Assembly: GCA_965213925.1 (NCBI GenBank)
Contig: OZ243927.1
Coordinates: 1,632,001-1,696,000 of the forward strand
DNA length: 64,000 bases
Origin: Trueperaceae bacterium
Lineage (GTDB): Bacteria > Deinococcota > Deinococci > Deinococcales > Trueperaceae
Reading direction: 5' to 3'
Shown: positions 29,114 through 39,652 of the stretch, in pieces
How the letters are laid out: each line of letters starts with the position of its first letter
Numbering within the stretch: position 1 is the first letter of the stretch
Made by a program: the position numbers and the translations under genes
Notes under the pieces: generated by a model
Databases searched by the model: none
The model's input: the letters and a program-made list of their open reading frames with translations, nothing else
Told to the model about the DNA's origin: nothing

Positions 29114-32100
29114 TGGCGCACGCGCTCAACGCCATCTCTGTATCGGGCAACCTGCTCAGCAACGAGTTTTTGCACACCAGCACGCAGCCCGGCGGGAAGT
29201 TCCAGGCGTTCGACCCGAGCACCTTCGACCCGAGCTGGAAGCGCGAGGCGGACTTCGAGGCGGCGCTGAGCCGCGCCTGGGAAGACCTCAAGGACCGCTT
29301 CGACGAGATTTACCCCAGCCTGCCCTACATGGACCTCCCGGCGGTACGGAGGGGGTGGACGCTGCCCCTCTTGCGGACGCTCGGCTTCGCCCCGGCGTAT
29401 CAAAAAGCGCGGCTCAAGCTCCCGCGTTTGAGCGAAACCTTCCCCATCAGCCACCGTGGATGGGGGACCGACGACGCCCCCGTCATGCACCTGCTCTCCC
29501 CTCAGAGCGACTTAGACAGCAAGCCCGCCGAACGCGGCGCGAAGAGCCCGCAGATGATGGTGCAGACCTTCCTCAACCAGGACAGCACGCAGTCGTGGGG
29601 CATCTTGTCGAACGGCGCGGTGCTGAGGCTCCTCCGGGTCTATCACCACACGAGCCAGGCGGGTTACGTCCAGTTCGACCTCGTACAGCTCTTCTTGACC
29701 CGCGACTACGACGAATTCAGGAGCCTCTACCGCCTCGCACACGCCAGCCGCTTCGTGCCGCGCGGCACGACCTTAGTCGAGGCGAAAGCTGAGTCGGAGG
29801 ACAAGTTAGAGGATGAGGGCGAGGACGAAAACGCGCCCGCCGAAGCGAAACGCCTCCCGGTCTGGCTCGAGGTCTGCTACGAGCACGCCCGCAGCGAGGG
29901 CAGCCGAGCTGAGGCGAGCCTCCGCAAAAACGTCATGGAAGCGCTTATCGTGTTGGGCAACGGTCTCCTAACCCCAGGGCTGCGCCAGCGCCTAATCGAG
30001 CGCCCCGCCGACATGGATATCTACTACCGCCAGCTCCTCCGGGTTGTATACCGCTGCATCTTCCTGCTCTTCGCCGAGCAGCGCGGGCTCATCCGCACCG
30101 ACTCGCCCTTCGCTGAGGTCTACCACGACGAATACAGCCTCACCGCGCTGCGCAACCTCGCCGAGGAGCAGCGCCTAGTGCGCGACCACGGGTCTGATTT
30201 GTGGGAGCGGCTGCTCCTCACCTTCGAGCTGGCTCGCGTCGGCAACGAAGACCTGGGCGTTCAAGCCTTTAACGGCGACCTCTTCGACGCCGAAAACCTC
30301 TACCTCGTCTACGGCAACGTGTTCGACCCGGCGCTGCGCAACACCCGCGACGACCTCCCCCGGCTCACGAACCAAGAGACGCTGCGCTTCATCGAATGCT
30401 TAGGCTTCACCACCGTCAACGGCACCTTGGAGCGCATCAACTACCGCGACCTCAAAGTTGAAGAGATCGGGCACATCTACGAAGGGCTCCTCGACTTCGC
30501 GCCGCACCTCGCCGCGCAAGACCTGATGTCGGAGAGCGGTCCCGTCGCCAAGGGCGCGTTCTACTTAGACGAGCGCAGCACGAGTCGCAAGACGAGCGGC
30601 TCCTACTACACCCCGAAAGAGCTGGTGCAAGAGATCATCAGCCGAGCACTGCTACCCGTCATCGACGAGCGCCTAGCGGCGGCGGACAATACCTTACAGG
30701 CGCAAGAGGAGGCGCTCCTCAGCATCAAAGTCCTCGACCCCGCCTGCGGCAGCGGCGCGTTTCTCATCGCCGCCAACGACGCGCTCGCCAAGCGCCTCGC
30801 CGATTTGCGCTGGCAAGCGGCGCGCGAAGAAGCGCTTAGGAGTGCCGCCGACACCTTTCTTTTCGAGGGGCGCGTAGGCGCAAGCGCCGCCAACCCCTCG
30901 CAGACCCACGAGCGGTACTACGAAGAGGTCCAGAAAGCCAAGCGCGACGTGCTCGCGAGCTGCATCTACGGCGTAGACCTCAACGACATGGCAGTCGAAC
31001 TCGCCAAGGTGAGCCTCTGGATAGACGCCGCCAGCAGCGGCAAACCCCTCAACTTCCTAGACCACCGCATCCGCTGCGGCAACTCCCTACTCGGTGCGCC
31101 GCTGAACTTTATCTACCTGGGCATCAACCCGGACGCCTACAAGGGACGCGGCGACGCTGACAAAGACACCCTAGCGGAGGTCCGCAAGGTCTTCAGCCCC
31201 AAACAGTACGCGGAGCGGCACAAGAGGTTAGACGAAGAGGGGGCGCTCTTCGACCTCAAGATTCAGCTCCCCGACTTAGGCGCGGTGCGCGAGGACTCCG
31301 TGGAGGGCGTGCGGGAAAAAGAGGAACGCTACGAGCGCCTACGCGCCCAAGACGCCCTCGCCAAGTGGCAACTCGTCGCCGACTACTGGACGAGCGCCTT
31401 TTTCTACCCCGTGAAGCCCAACACCGGGACCATCCCCAACCAGAAGAGCCTCAACCTCATCGTCCAGGCGCTAGAAGAGCGCACCACCGACCAGCTCAAA
31501 CAGCTCACGCCCCTCTCCCCGCAGGTGCTCGGGCACATTGCCGCTCTAAAGCACCAGTACAACTTCTTCCACTACTGGTTAGAATTCCCCGAAGCGTTCT
31601 TTGACAGCGCAGGCAACCTCAAGGCGCAGCGCGGCTTCGATGTGATTGTGGGCAACCCGCCCTGGGAAGTTGTACAGCCCGAAGAGAAGAAGTGGTTTGC
31701 GGGACGCAATGAGGAGATAGCCGAAGCGTCGGGGGCGAAGCGGAAGAAACTCATTAAAAAGCTAGAAACCGAAGACCTCGACCTTTACGAAAAGTGGAAC
31801 GAGCACGCTACAGAGACTCACGCGACTGCGAACTTCGTCAAGGCGTCCGGGCGTTACCCCACGTTGAATACTGGCAAGGTCAACCTGTATGCGGTATTCG
31901 CGGCGGGGAATAAAGACCTGACGAGTTCTACCGGACGCACTGGCATCATCGTGCCGTCGGGCATTGCCACCGACAACACGACTAAAGACCTCTTCAGGGA
32001 CTTCGTAGAATCTCAGAGCCTCGTCTCTTTAGACGACTTCGAGAACCGCGAAAAGCTCTTCGTGGGCGTTGACAGCCGCATGAAGTTCTGCCTCCTGGTC

Positions 32101-33396
32101 CTCACCGCCCCCGGTTCTGGTCCCGAAGAGGCGCAGTTCAGCTTTTTCAACACCAACGTGAAGCACCTCAGCGACCTGAGTCGCCACTTTACCCTCTCCG
32201 CCGAAGACTTTAAGCGCATCAATCCCAACACGCTAACCTGCCCGACCTTTCGAACTGGCAGAGACGCCGAGATTACGCTGAAGATGTACAAGCGAGCGGG
32301 CGTGTTTATAGACGAGAACGATGAGGAGAACGGCAACCCCTGGGGCGCGTCATTTATGCAAATGTTCAACATGACGAGCGACTCGAGCCTCTTCCGCACC
32401 AGGGAGGAACTCGAGGCTGAGGGGCTTACGCTGACAGGCAACAGGTTTGTTCGAGGTGAAGAGGTCTATCTGCCGCTCTACGAAGGCAAGATGGCTCACA
32501 TCTATGACCATCACTTTGCCTTTTTCGATTCTTATGAAGGTGAGTACCAGTCTTACGATGAGAAGAATGCTACCGCACCTCTCACCACGCAATTTTACGT
32601 CCATCACAACGAGGTAAAAGAGCGTGTATCTCGTCGTAAGTGGGAGCGAAAGTGGTTCTTCGGGGTACGGAGAGTAACGCGCAGTAATGACACCAGAACT
32701 GTTATCGGTTCGTTTGTTCCGTATTGTGCAATTACATATGGTCTTTACGTACTTTTTTCGCCCGTATCGTTATTGAACTACATTGCTCTCGTAGCTAACT
32801 TAAACTCTATAACATTCGACTACCACGCTCGTAATGCACTTAGTCAGCCTTCGCTAACTTACGGTGTGCTGTATCAGCTACCTAATGTCAAAATTACCAA
32901 GTATTCCAAAGAAAACCTCCACTTCATCCTCCCCCGCGTGCTCGAACTCACCTACACCGCCTGGGACATCAAGCCCTTCGCCGACGACCTCTGGCGCGAA
33001 GCGGGCGAGGAGGTGCGGGGACTGTTTCGGGAGGCGTGGCGGGCGAACGCGGCGGCGTCGGGTGGAGGTCATGCGACCCAGCCGCCAGCGTGGGCAGAGG
33101 TTGACGCGGAAGTTGATGCGGCGGGCTGCCCGTTAGCGCCTTTTACCTGGAACGAGGCGAGACGCGCCGAGTTGCGCTCAGAGCTGGACGCGCTTTACGC
33201 GCACCTGTATGGGCTGACACGCGAGGAGCTGGCGTGGATTTTGGACCCGCGCGACATCGACCCGGCAACGCCGTCGGTGTCCTTTCCGGGCTTGCGGCGG
33301 AGCGAGGAGAAGCGGTACGGGGAGTACCGGACGAAGCGGCTGGTGCTTGAGTATTTCGATAGGTTGGCGGAGGCTCGAGAGGGCGTAGAGGTATAA
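29113..33396 (+). CDS. Large N6-adenine DNA methyltransferase (Eco57I/type IIG-like, DrmMI-like)
   Basis: [39 protein letters not shown]; overlaps the SNF2 stop codon (TGATG). Confidence 0.92.
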   Translation: MAHALNAISVSGNLLSNEFLHTSTQPGGKFQAFDPSTFDPSWKREADFEAALSRAWEDLKDRFDEIYPSLPYMDLPAVRRGWTLPLLRTLGFAPAYQKARLKLPRLSETFPISHRGWGTDDAPVMHLLSPQSDLDSKPAERGAKSPQMMVQTFLNQDSTQSWGILSNGAVLRLLRVYHHTSQAGYVQFDLVQLFLTRDYDEFRSLYRLAHASRFVPRGTTLVEAKAESEDKLEDEGEDENAPAEAKRLPVWLEVCYEHARSEGSRAEASLRKNVMEALIVLGNGLLTPGLRQRLIERPADMDIYYRQLLRVVYRCIFLLFAEQRGLIRTDSPFAEVYHDEYSLTALRNLAEEQRLVRDHGSDLWERLLLTFELARVGNEDLGVQAFNGDLFDAENLYLVYGNVFDPALRNTRDDLPRLTNQETLRFIECLGFTTVNGTLERINYRDLKVEEIGHIYEGLLDFAPHLAAQDLMSESGPVAKGAFYLDERSTSRKTSGSYYTPKELVQEIISRALLPVIDERLAAADNTLQAQEEALLSIKVLDPACGSGAFLIAANDALAKRLADLRWQAAREEALRSAADTFLFEGRVGASAANPSQTHERYYEEVQKAKRDVLASCIYGVDLNDMAVELAKVSLWIDAASSGKPLNFLDHRIRCGNSLLGAPLNFIYLGINPDAYKGRGDADKDTLAEVRKVFSPKQYAERHKRLDEEGALFDLKIQLPDLGAVREDSVEGVREKEERYERLRAQDALAKWQLVADYWTSAFFYPVKPNTGTIPNQKSLNLIVQALEERTTDQLKQLTPLSPQVLGHIAALKHQYNFFHYWLEFPEAFFDSAGNLKAQRGFDVIVGNPPWEVVQPEEKKWFAGRNEEIAEASGAKRKKLIKKLETEDLDLYEKWNEHATETHATANFVKASGRYPTLNTGKVNLYAVFAAGNKDLTSSTGRTGIIVPSGIATDNTTKDLFRDFVESQSLVSLDDFENREKLFVGVDSRMKFCLLVLTAPGSGPEEAQFSFFNTNVKHLSDLSRHFTLSAEDFKRINPNTLTCPTFRTGRDAEITLKMYKRAGVFIDENDEENGNPWGASFMQMFNMTSDSSLFRTREELEAEGLTLTGNRFVRGEEVYLPLYEGKMAHIYDHHFAFFDSYEGEYQSYDEKNATAPLTTQFYVHHNEVKERVSRRKWERKWFFGVRRVTRSNDTRTVIGSFVPYCAITYGLYVLFSPVSLLNYIALVANLNSITFDYHARNALSQPSLTYGVLYQLPNVKITKYSKENLHFILPRVLELTYTAWDIKPFADDLWREAGEEVRGLFREAWRANAAASGGGHATQPPAWAEVDAEVDAAGCPLAPFTWNEARRAELRSELDALYAHLYGLTREELAWILDPRDIDPATPSVSFPGLRRSEEKRYGEYRTKRLVLEYFDRLAEAREGVEV

Positions 33397-33476
33397 GCTG
33401 CGGAGCGCGGCTATCCCTAAATTCGCCCTTGATAGAGGCTATAATGGACCAAACGAAGCAAATAAGGAGTCGTGCT

Positions 33477-33644
33477 ATGCCTAAGCGCCCATTAAAACGA
33501 GCGAGTGACCTGACTCGAGAGTTCCTCAAAGACCCCGAGTACGCCGCGCTGTACCGCGAAGCGAATGAGGAGGACGAGGCGGCGCGGCGGGCTGTGTGTG
33601 AGGCTCGAGTGTCCGCTGCATCTGAGACGGAGGACGAGCAGTAG
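33477..33644 (+). pseudogene. Truncated HigA/Xre-type antitoxin-like fragment
   Basis: EFLKDPEYAALY resembles antitoxin N-termini; AAGGAG RBS; no HTH follows. Confidence 0.4.
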
Positions 33645-33835
33645 ACGCGCTGATCAGATGCGAAATACCTCACTTCTGTGACCTTCTTCTGATGAAGTGC
33701 GTTAGGCTTGACAGAGGTATACAACATGGTTTCTTTATCTATTTCTGAACTCAGACTGGCGCAGCCTGACGTGCGAACGCTAAGCGCGAACCGAGGTGGG
33801 TGTCCGTCAGTATGTCTTACTTGTGAGGGGTTATC

Positions 33836-36800
33836 TTGGTCCGTATAAGGCTTAGTGAGGTTGACTGGAAGACGCCTGCGCACTTTTTTAGCGCCATCCT
33901 CCCCAAACTCGTCACGGGCGACGCGGGTTTGGACTTTACGGGCGTCGAAGCGGTGAAGCGCCCGGAGGTCGAGCCCCTGCTCAATAACCTCGCGGCGATG
34001 GGTTGGTCCGAGGGCGAGCTTCGTGAGCGTCTCGGCGTCGAGACCATGAACCAGAATGTGCAACACGTCATCTTGCCGCTGTTTGGGCTCCAACCGCCCG
34101 AGCGCGAAGCGCCCCCGGAATTCACGAACAACCCGTTCAGCCAGCTCAGCGAGATTCAGCGCACCTACAAGTCTTATGTGGACACGTTCGTCAACATCAA
34201 GAACGAGCACGTTCGCGCCTGGGTCGAGGACAGGGTCCAGCGCGACAACCTCCTCTGGAACGAACCTTTTCTGGAGATACGGCGACGCTTTAGGGCTGGA
34301 CCTGCCCTGGAGGAGTTTATCGGCAAGGGTTGGCTTCCGGCGTCAGCCCGCCCTATCTTCCGCGTCAGCGCCGAGGACAGAGACGACACTCGCCCTATCC
34401 GCCCGCACTACCACCAGGCGAAGGCGTTAGAACTCGCCCACGAGGGCAAGAGCTTTGTCGTGGCGACGGGCACGGGCTCGGGGAAGTCGTTCGCGTTCGG
34501 GCTGCCCGTCATCGCCGACGCCTTGCGCAACCGGGAGAAGCCCGGCATCAAAGCCCTCATCCTCTACCCGATGAACGCCCTGGCGAACTCTCAATACGCG
34601 GACTTCGCGCAGCGGCTCCACGGCAGCGGGCTCAAGGTCGCGCTCTATAACGGCGACACGCCCTATACGAAAGAGGAGGGCGAGCAGTTCAGAAGCCGGG
34701 TGGAGGCGGCGAATCTGCGCTTTATCAGCGACGCGGAGTTGTGGAGCCGCGAGGAGATTCGCCAGACGCTGCCCGACATCCTCATGACGAACTACGCGCA
34801 GTTAGAGTTGCTGCTGACTCGCGGGGAGGACCGGCAGCTCTTCCCGGAAACGCACCGGGGTGCCCTGCGCTACCTGGTGCTCGACGAGGTGCACACCTAC
34901 GCGGGCAAGCGCGGCGCGGAGGTTGCGTGTCTCATTCGCCGCCTCAAACAGCACACGGGCACCACCCGCAGCCTCCAGATGATCGGCACCTCCGCCACGG
35001 TAGAGTCTGATCAAGGGGAGTCCGGCGAGGGGGAGAGCGCCGAGGACGCTATCACCCGCTTTGCCGAGACCCTCTTCGGGCAGAGCGTACAGGGCGTCAT
35101 CTCCGAAACGTATGTCGAAGGGGGCGACACTGCCGACACCCTTTTGCCTGCCGATATCGGGGTCTCGCCGAGCGACATCAGCGCGTTTGACGGGCAGGAC
35201 GAGACGGTCTTCGCCCTCGCTGAAGCTGTGCTAGAGCGTTCGCTCACCCCTTCCGAGAGATCGCCTCAAGCGATTGGGGCGCTGTTTAGAGACTACGCGC
35301 CGCTGCACTTTCTCGAGGCGGCGCTCTACGAGAAACCGCAGCCCATGAGCGCCCTCGTGGAGGGGTACAAGCAGCGTTACCGACCTGAGCACACGCTAGA
35401 GCAAGTCGAGACGGAGCTGCGTGCCGCGCTCTTTCTAGGGCAGTACGGCGAGTTAGAGCGCGAGGGCGTCTTCGAACCCCGCATCGTCCTCAAACTCCAC
35501 AACTTCTACTCACAAGGTCTCGGCGTAAGCGGTACGCTCACCCACCCGCCCGCGCTGTCCATCCGCGGGGAGGCGCAGCTCAAGACCGAGGACGGCTTTA
35601 GCGCCCCCGCCTTCCCGATGGTCTTTTGCCGCGTGTGCGGACAGGAATACTACATCGCCGACCTCAAACACGCCGCGTTGCAGCCGTCAGCGACGATTTA
35701 CGAGCACACCGAAGACACCTTCTACCTGCGCCCCGGTGCCTGGAGCCCGGACGCCGAACCCCTCCCGGATGCGTGGCTGACCGACAAGCTCGGCAAGGTG
35801 CAGGCTCAGTTCGAATCTCACGTGCCCCGAAACTTCCGGGTTGACCCTCTCCACGCGGAGGTCGGCGAGGGCGAGCCGTTCGCGTTCGTCAAAGCGCCTT
35901 TTCTGTTCTGCCCCACCTGCCAGACCAGCTACGACAGACGACGCAGCGAAATCGGCAAGCTCATCCCTTATGGCATGGTCGGGCGCTCGACGGCTACCGA
36001 CATCCTTATCGCCCGGACGCTCGACGTGCTGCCCAAAGACCAACGTAAGGTGATCGGCTTCGTCGATAATCGCCAAGACACCGAGTTTCAGGCGGCTCAC
36101 TTCCGGGACCTCGCCCGCAAGCTCGTCTACCGGCAGACCGTCGTGGACATCCTTAAACACGAGCCCGACCAGCGCACCGAGCTTGACAGCTTGGGTACCG
36201 CTGTGTGGAAAGCCTGGAAGAACGAGGACCACCGGAAGGTCGCCGACACGCTCTACGACGCCAGCAGCAAAGTCGGGCAGGCGTTTCAGGGTCTCCTTCA
36301 AGGGTTTGGGGTCAGCGACGCGAGCCGCAGCCAACAGCCCAACATCCTCAATTTGGAGGAAGCTGGGGTCGTCCGCTACGACTACCGATTTCTGGATGAG
36401 GTTCTAAACCACGACACCTTCTGGCGCGGTCTTGAGGGCAGCGAAGAGGTACGCCACGACTTCTTGCGCGGCTTTCTCGACCTCATGCGCCGCCGAGACG
36501 GGACCTTCGAGAAGTCGATCTTTAGAAATGACGTCTACATCTTCGACATCCAGCAGCCCCTCGACGATAACGTGCGCGGGGAGCGCTTCTGGGAGCCCAC
36601 CTACCCTACGCTCTTCACCTTGAAGTCCGGTCAACCTAATCCTAAGTTCGCGAAGACCTCGGCGCTCACCGGCTCGTCTCGGCGCACGAAGTTCGAGGCG
36701 TGGTTCATGAGCGTGTTCGACCTTGAACGCGACGCTGTTCGGGGCAAGATAGAGACGCTCGTGCAGCTTCTCAAAGACGCGAATATCCTCCATTTAGAGA

Positions 36801-39652
36801 ACCTACCGGGTTACCGCAGAACGTTTACACCAGGCTTTTTGATCAATCCGAACGCCGTCGAGGTCGTGCTCACCGAACAAGACGAAGTCAGGGTGTGCCC
36901 TCGCAGCCGCATGGTCAGCCACAACAAGGTGCTCAACCGCTCGCCAGAATTCCCCAACCTCGACCTGCAAAAGCGAACCACCCACTCGTATTTCAACCAG
37001 CAGTACCGCGACGTCATGCGGCTCGACCTGAGCGACGCGGAGGCGCATAGCGGTCAGGTTGATGGGGACGAGCGGCGCGAGATCGAGACGCGCTTTCGGA
37101 GCGACGACGATAAGCTCAACGTCCTCATCGCCACCCCGACGATGGAGATGGGCATCGATATCGGCTCGCTGTCCGCCGTGTATATGCGCAACGTTCCCCC
37201 GAACCCGGCGAACTACGCGCAGCGCTCCGGGCGTGCGGGTCGCAAGGGTCAGTCGGCGCTCGTCCAGGTTTTCTGCGGCGGTGGGGCGGCTAGAGGACCA
37301 CACGACCAGTACTTTTACCGCTACCCCGAGCGCATGATCAGCGGGCGGGTCTCCGCGCCCAGGTTCCTATTGGACAACGAGCGGCTCATCGCCTCACACA
37401 TCCACGCGCTCATCTTAGAGGTGCTCACCCAGCGCAACCAGCTCGAACTCCCTAAAACCGTACCCGACCTCGTCTCTACCGAAAACCCGACGGGCGTCTA
37501 CACGATGTACGCCGATCTCAAGCAGCGTTTCGAAAGTGGCTTAGCGAAGCACCGAGCCGCTATCATTCAAGCGGTACAAGACGCCTTCTCGAGCGAAATA
37601 GACCGCTTCGGCTGGCTCGACGCGGTCTTTATCGAGACCACCGTGGATCACTTCGTCCAAAACCTCGACGGCGTTTTGGACGAGTGGCGCGACGAGTATA
37701 GGCTCGCCAAAGGCGACTACGATTCGCTGACCATGCGGCTCAAGCATCTGCCTGACAGCCACCGGGACTATCAGGAGATCAGGCGCGAGCACGGGCACGC
37801 CTTTAGCCATGTTCAGTTTCTTAGAGGCGAGGGTAAAAGCAGCCTCGACCTGAGGCGCTACTTGGGCGGTCAGGGGTTCTTGCCTAACTACGCCTTCCCC
37901 CGCCGCGCCGCCCGCGTCGAATTTCGCACCGAGACATTCGACCAGCTCGAACGCCCGCCGCTCCTCGCCCTGCGCGAGATCGCGCCCGGCAATAGCCTCT
38001 ACTACAAGCGGCAGCACTTTCTGGTGTCTAGGGCGTCGATCCCTCAGTCCGGCTTCGACGACCGCCAGGCGAAACGCTGCCCTAGCTGCAAGCGTGTCAC
38101 CCTCCTCCAGGAGGACGCGCAACTCAACCTCTGTCCAGCCTGCGGTCAAGACCTCTCGAATGTCGCCGCCGCGATTGAGGCGGTTCGCTTGCCCGTCATG
38201 CAGGCTGAACCGCGCGCCCGCATCACATCCGACGCAGAGGAGCGTCAGCGGCGCGGCTTCCAGATCAGCTCCGACTACCGCCCCCGCCGCACGACGCGCC
38301 ACCAGGCGGACTTGGGCGGCGACACCTTGACCCTGAGCTACGAACATAACGGCGTCATCACCACGGTCAACGCCGGACCCAGAACGCTGCTTGGTGACGA
38401 GCAGCTCCTCGACGGCTTCGCCTTCTGCCCGCGCTGCAAGCGTTGGCTGTTTAGCGACGAAGCGATCCAGGAACACGTGCAAGAGAGCGGCGGAAAATGT
38501 CCTCAAAACGCGACCGCTGAGGACGTTAAGCGGAACCTCACCCTGTTCGTTGAGCAGCAGAGCGACGTTATCGCCGCCGATGTTCCCTATCCTGTCGACC
38601 TCCACCCTTCGAACGTGGATGCGTTTTACACCTCCCTCCTCTGGGCATTGCAGCGCGGCGCTCTCCTCACGCTGGAGCTTGAAGACGACGAGCTTTCGGG
38701 CTTCCTTCTCAGGCAAAACGACGAGCGCACCCCCTACCGCCTCGTGCTTCACGAGACCTCCGAGGGGGGGTTAGGCGCACTGTCCTCGCTCACCGACCCG
38801 CTGGCGTTTCGGGCGCTCGTCACCCGCACGCTGGAACTCCTCCATGACGCTGACGCTGCTGGCTGCGAACGGGCGTGCTACGAATGCCTCCTCTCCTACG
38901 AAAACCAGTACGAACACCACCACTTAGACCGCAACCTCGTGCTGCCCACTCTCCGGGCGGCGCGGGGGCTCGAGTGGCGTAAGGTTACCAGCGACGATCA
39001 TCTTCAGCACCTTAAAGAGCGCTGCCAGTCGAGCTTAGAGCGGCGCTTCTTAGACGAACTAAGCGAGCGCGGTATCCGCCTACCCGACCGAGCCCAGTCC
39101 CCTTTCGAGGTCATGCCGGGCGTCAATACCGTCGCGGACTTTTACTACCGCCCGGACCTCTATATCTACGTCGACGGACCCCACCACGACACGGACACCC
39201 AGCGAAAAAAGGACGCAGAAATCCGCGACGCGATGCTCATGTTCGGACTGGAACCCTTTGTGATTCGCCACGACGATGTTTGGAATGACAAACTCGAGAC
39301 GCTTCGCAACCGGCTGAGCAACGCCTCGGTTGCCCAGACGCCCCCCTCCGACTGGCGCGACATCATCGACCTTATTGGAGACATGGATGAGCGCTGGGCG
39401 AAACTCGTTGCAGATTTAAGCGAAAAAGGTCTTCCGAAACCCCACATCGACGATGTCTATAGAGACTTGAGCGCCGATGGTCAAACCACGGGCTACAGCG
39501 CACTCGCCATTTGGCGGAAGAACGGACGCGCCCTCGCTCTGGTAGACCAAGATACGCCGGACGCAGACTATAGCCTTTCTCTCCTGCGGGCTACTCCTGA
39601 AAGCCCACCTGACGACATCGCAAAGGCGATTGAGGAGTACCTGAACACGTGA
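33836..39652 (+). CDS. Giant DEAD/DEAH (YprA-like) helicase with Zn ribbons, DUF1998 and a C-terminal DUF559/Vsr-like nuclease domain
   Basis: TGTGSGKS, YPMNALANSQ, DEVH, SAT, TMEMGIDIG, YAQRSGRAGR; several CxxC; EGGLG...CERACYECL; SSLERRF...ADFYY...YVDGPHH. Confidence 0.9.
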   Translation: MVRIRLSEVDWKTPAHFFSAILPKLVTGDAGLDFTGVEAVKRPEVEPLLNNLAAMGWSEGELRERLGVETMNQNVQHVILPLFGLQPPEREAPPEFTNNPFSQLSEIQRTYKSYVDTFVNIKNEHVRAWVEDRVQRDNLLWNEPFLEIRRRFRAGPALEEFIGKGWLPASARPIFRVSAEDRDDTRPIRPHYHQAKALELAHEGKSFVVATGTGSGKSFAFGLPVIADALRNREKPGIKALILYPMNALANSQYADFAQRLHGSGLKVALYNGDTPYTKEEGEQFRSRVEAANLRFISDAELWSREEIRQTLPDILMTNYAQLELLLTRGEDRQLFPETHRGALRYLVLDEVHTYAGKRGAEVACLIRRLKQHTGTTRSLQMIGTSATVESDQGESGEGESAEDAITRFAETLFGQSVQGVISETYVEGGDTADTLLPADIGVSPSDISAFDGQDETVFALAEAVLERSLTPSERSPQAIGALFRDYAPLHFLEAALYEKPQPMSALVEGYKQRYRPEHTLEQVETELRAALFLGQYGELEREGVFEPRIVLKLHNFYSQGLGVSGTLTHPPALSIRGEAQLKTEDGFSAPAFPMVFCRVCGQEYYIADLKHAALQPSATIYEHTEDTFYLRPGAWSPDAEPLPDAWLTDKLGKVQAQFESHVPRNFRVDPLHAEVGEGEPFAFVKAPFLFCPTCQTSYDRRRSEIGKLIPYGMVGRSTATDILIARTLDVLPKDQRKVIGFVDNRQDTEFQAAHFRDLARKLVYRQTVVDILKHEPDQRTELDSLGTAVWKAWKNEDHRKVADTLYDASSKVGQAFQGLLQGFGVSDASRSQQPNILNLEEAGVVRYDYRFLDEVLNHDTFWRGLEGSEEVRHDFLRGFLDLMRRRDGTFEKSIFRNDVYIFDIQQPLDDNVRGERFWEPTYPTLFTLKSGQPNPKFAKTSALTGSSRRTKFEAWFMSVFDLERDAVRGKIETLVQLLKDANILHLENLPGYRRTFTPGFLINPNAVEVVLTEQDEVRVCPRSRMVSHNKVLNRSPEFPNLDLQKRTTHSYFNQQYRDVMRLDLSDAEAHSGQVDGDERREIETRFRSDDDKLNVLIATPTMEMGIDIGSLSAVYMRNVPPNPANYAQRSGRAGRKGQSALVQVFCGGGAARGPHDQYFYRYPERMISGRVSAPRFLLDNERLIASHIHALILEVLTQRNQLELPKTVPDLVSTENPTGVYTMYADLKQRFESGLAKHRAAIIQAVQDAFSSEIDRFGWLDAVFIETTVDHFVQNLDGVLDEWRDEYRLAKGDYDSLTMRLKHLPDSHRDYQEIRREHGHAFSHVQFLRGEGKSSLDLRRYLGGQGFLPNYAFPRRAARVEFRTETFDQLERPPLLALREIAPGNSLYYKRQHFLVSRASIPQSGFDDRQAKRCPSCKRVTLLQEDAQLNLCPACGQDLSNVAAAIEAVRLPVMQAEPRARITSDAEERQRRGFQISSDYRPRRTTRHQADLGGDTLTLSYEHNGVITTVNAGPRTLLGDEQLLDGFAFCPRCKRWLFSDEAIQEHVQESGGKCPQNATAEDVKRNLTLFVEQQSDVIAADVPYPVDLHPSNVDAFYTSLLWALQRGALLTLELEDDELSGFLLRQNDERTPYRLVLHETSEGGLGALSSLTDPLAFRALVTRTLELLHDADAAGCERACYECLLSYENQYEHHHLDRNLVLPTLRAARGLEWRKVTSDDHLQHLKERCQSSLERRFLDELSERGIRLPDRAQSPFEVMPGVNTVADFYYRPDLYIYVDGPHHDTDTQRKKDAEIRDAMLMFGLEPFVIRHDDVWNDKLETLRNRLSNASVAQTPPSDWRDIIDLIGDMDERWAKLVADLSEKGLPKPHIDDVYRDLSADGQTTGYSALAIWRKNGRALALVDQDTPDADYSLSLLRATPESPPDDIAKAIEEYLNT

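Noticed and set aside
33143..34210. 355-aa minus-strand ORF, and similar long antisense ORFs such as 37541-38752 and 27761-28549
   Set aside because: Antisense to well-supported genes in high-GC DNA; no motifs
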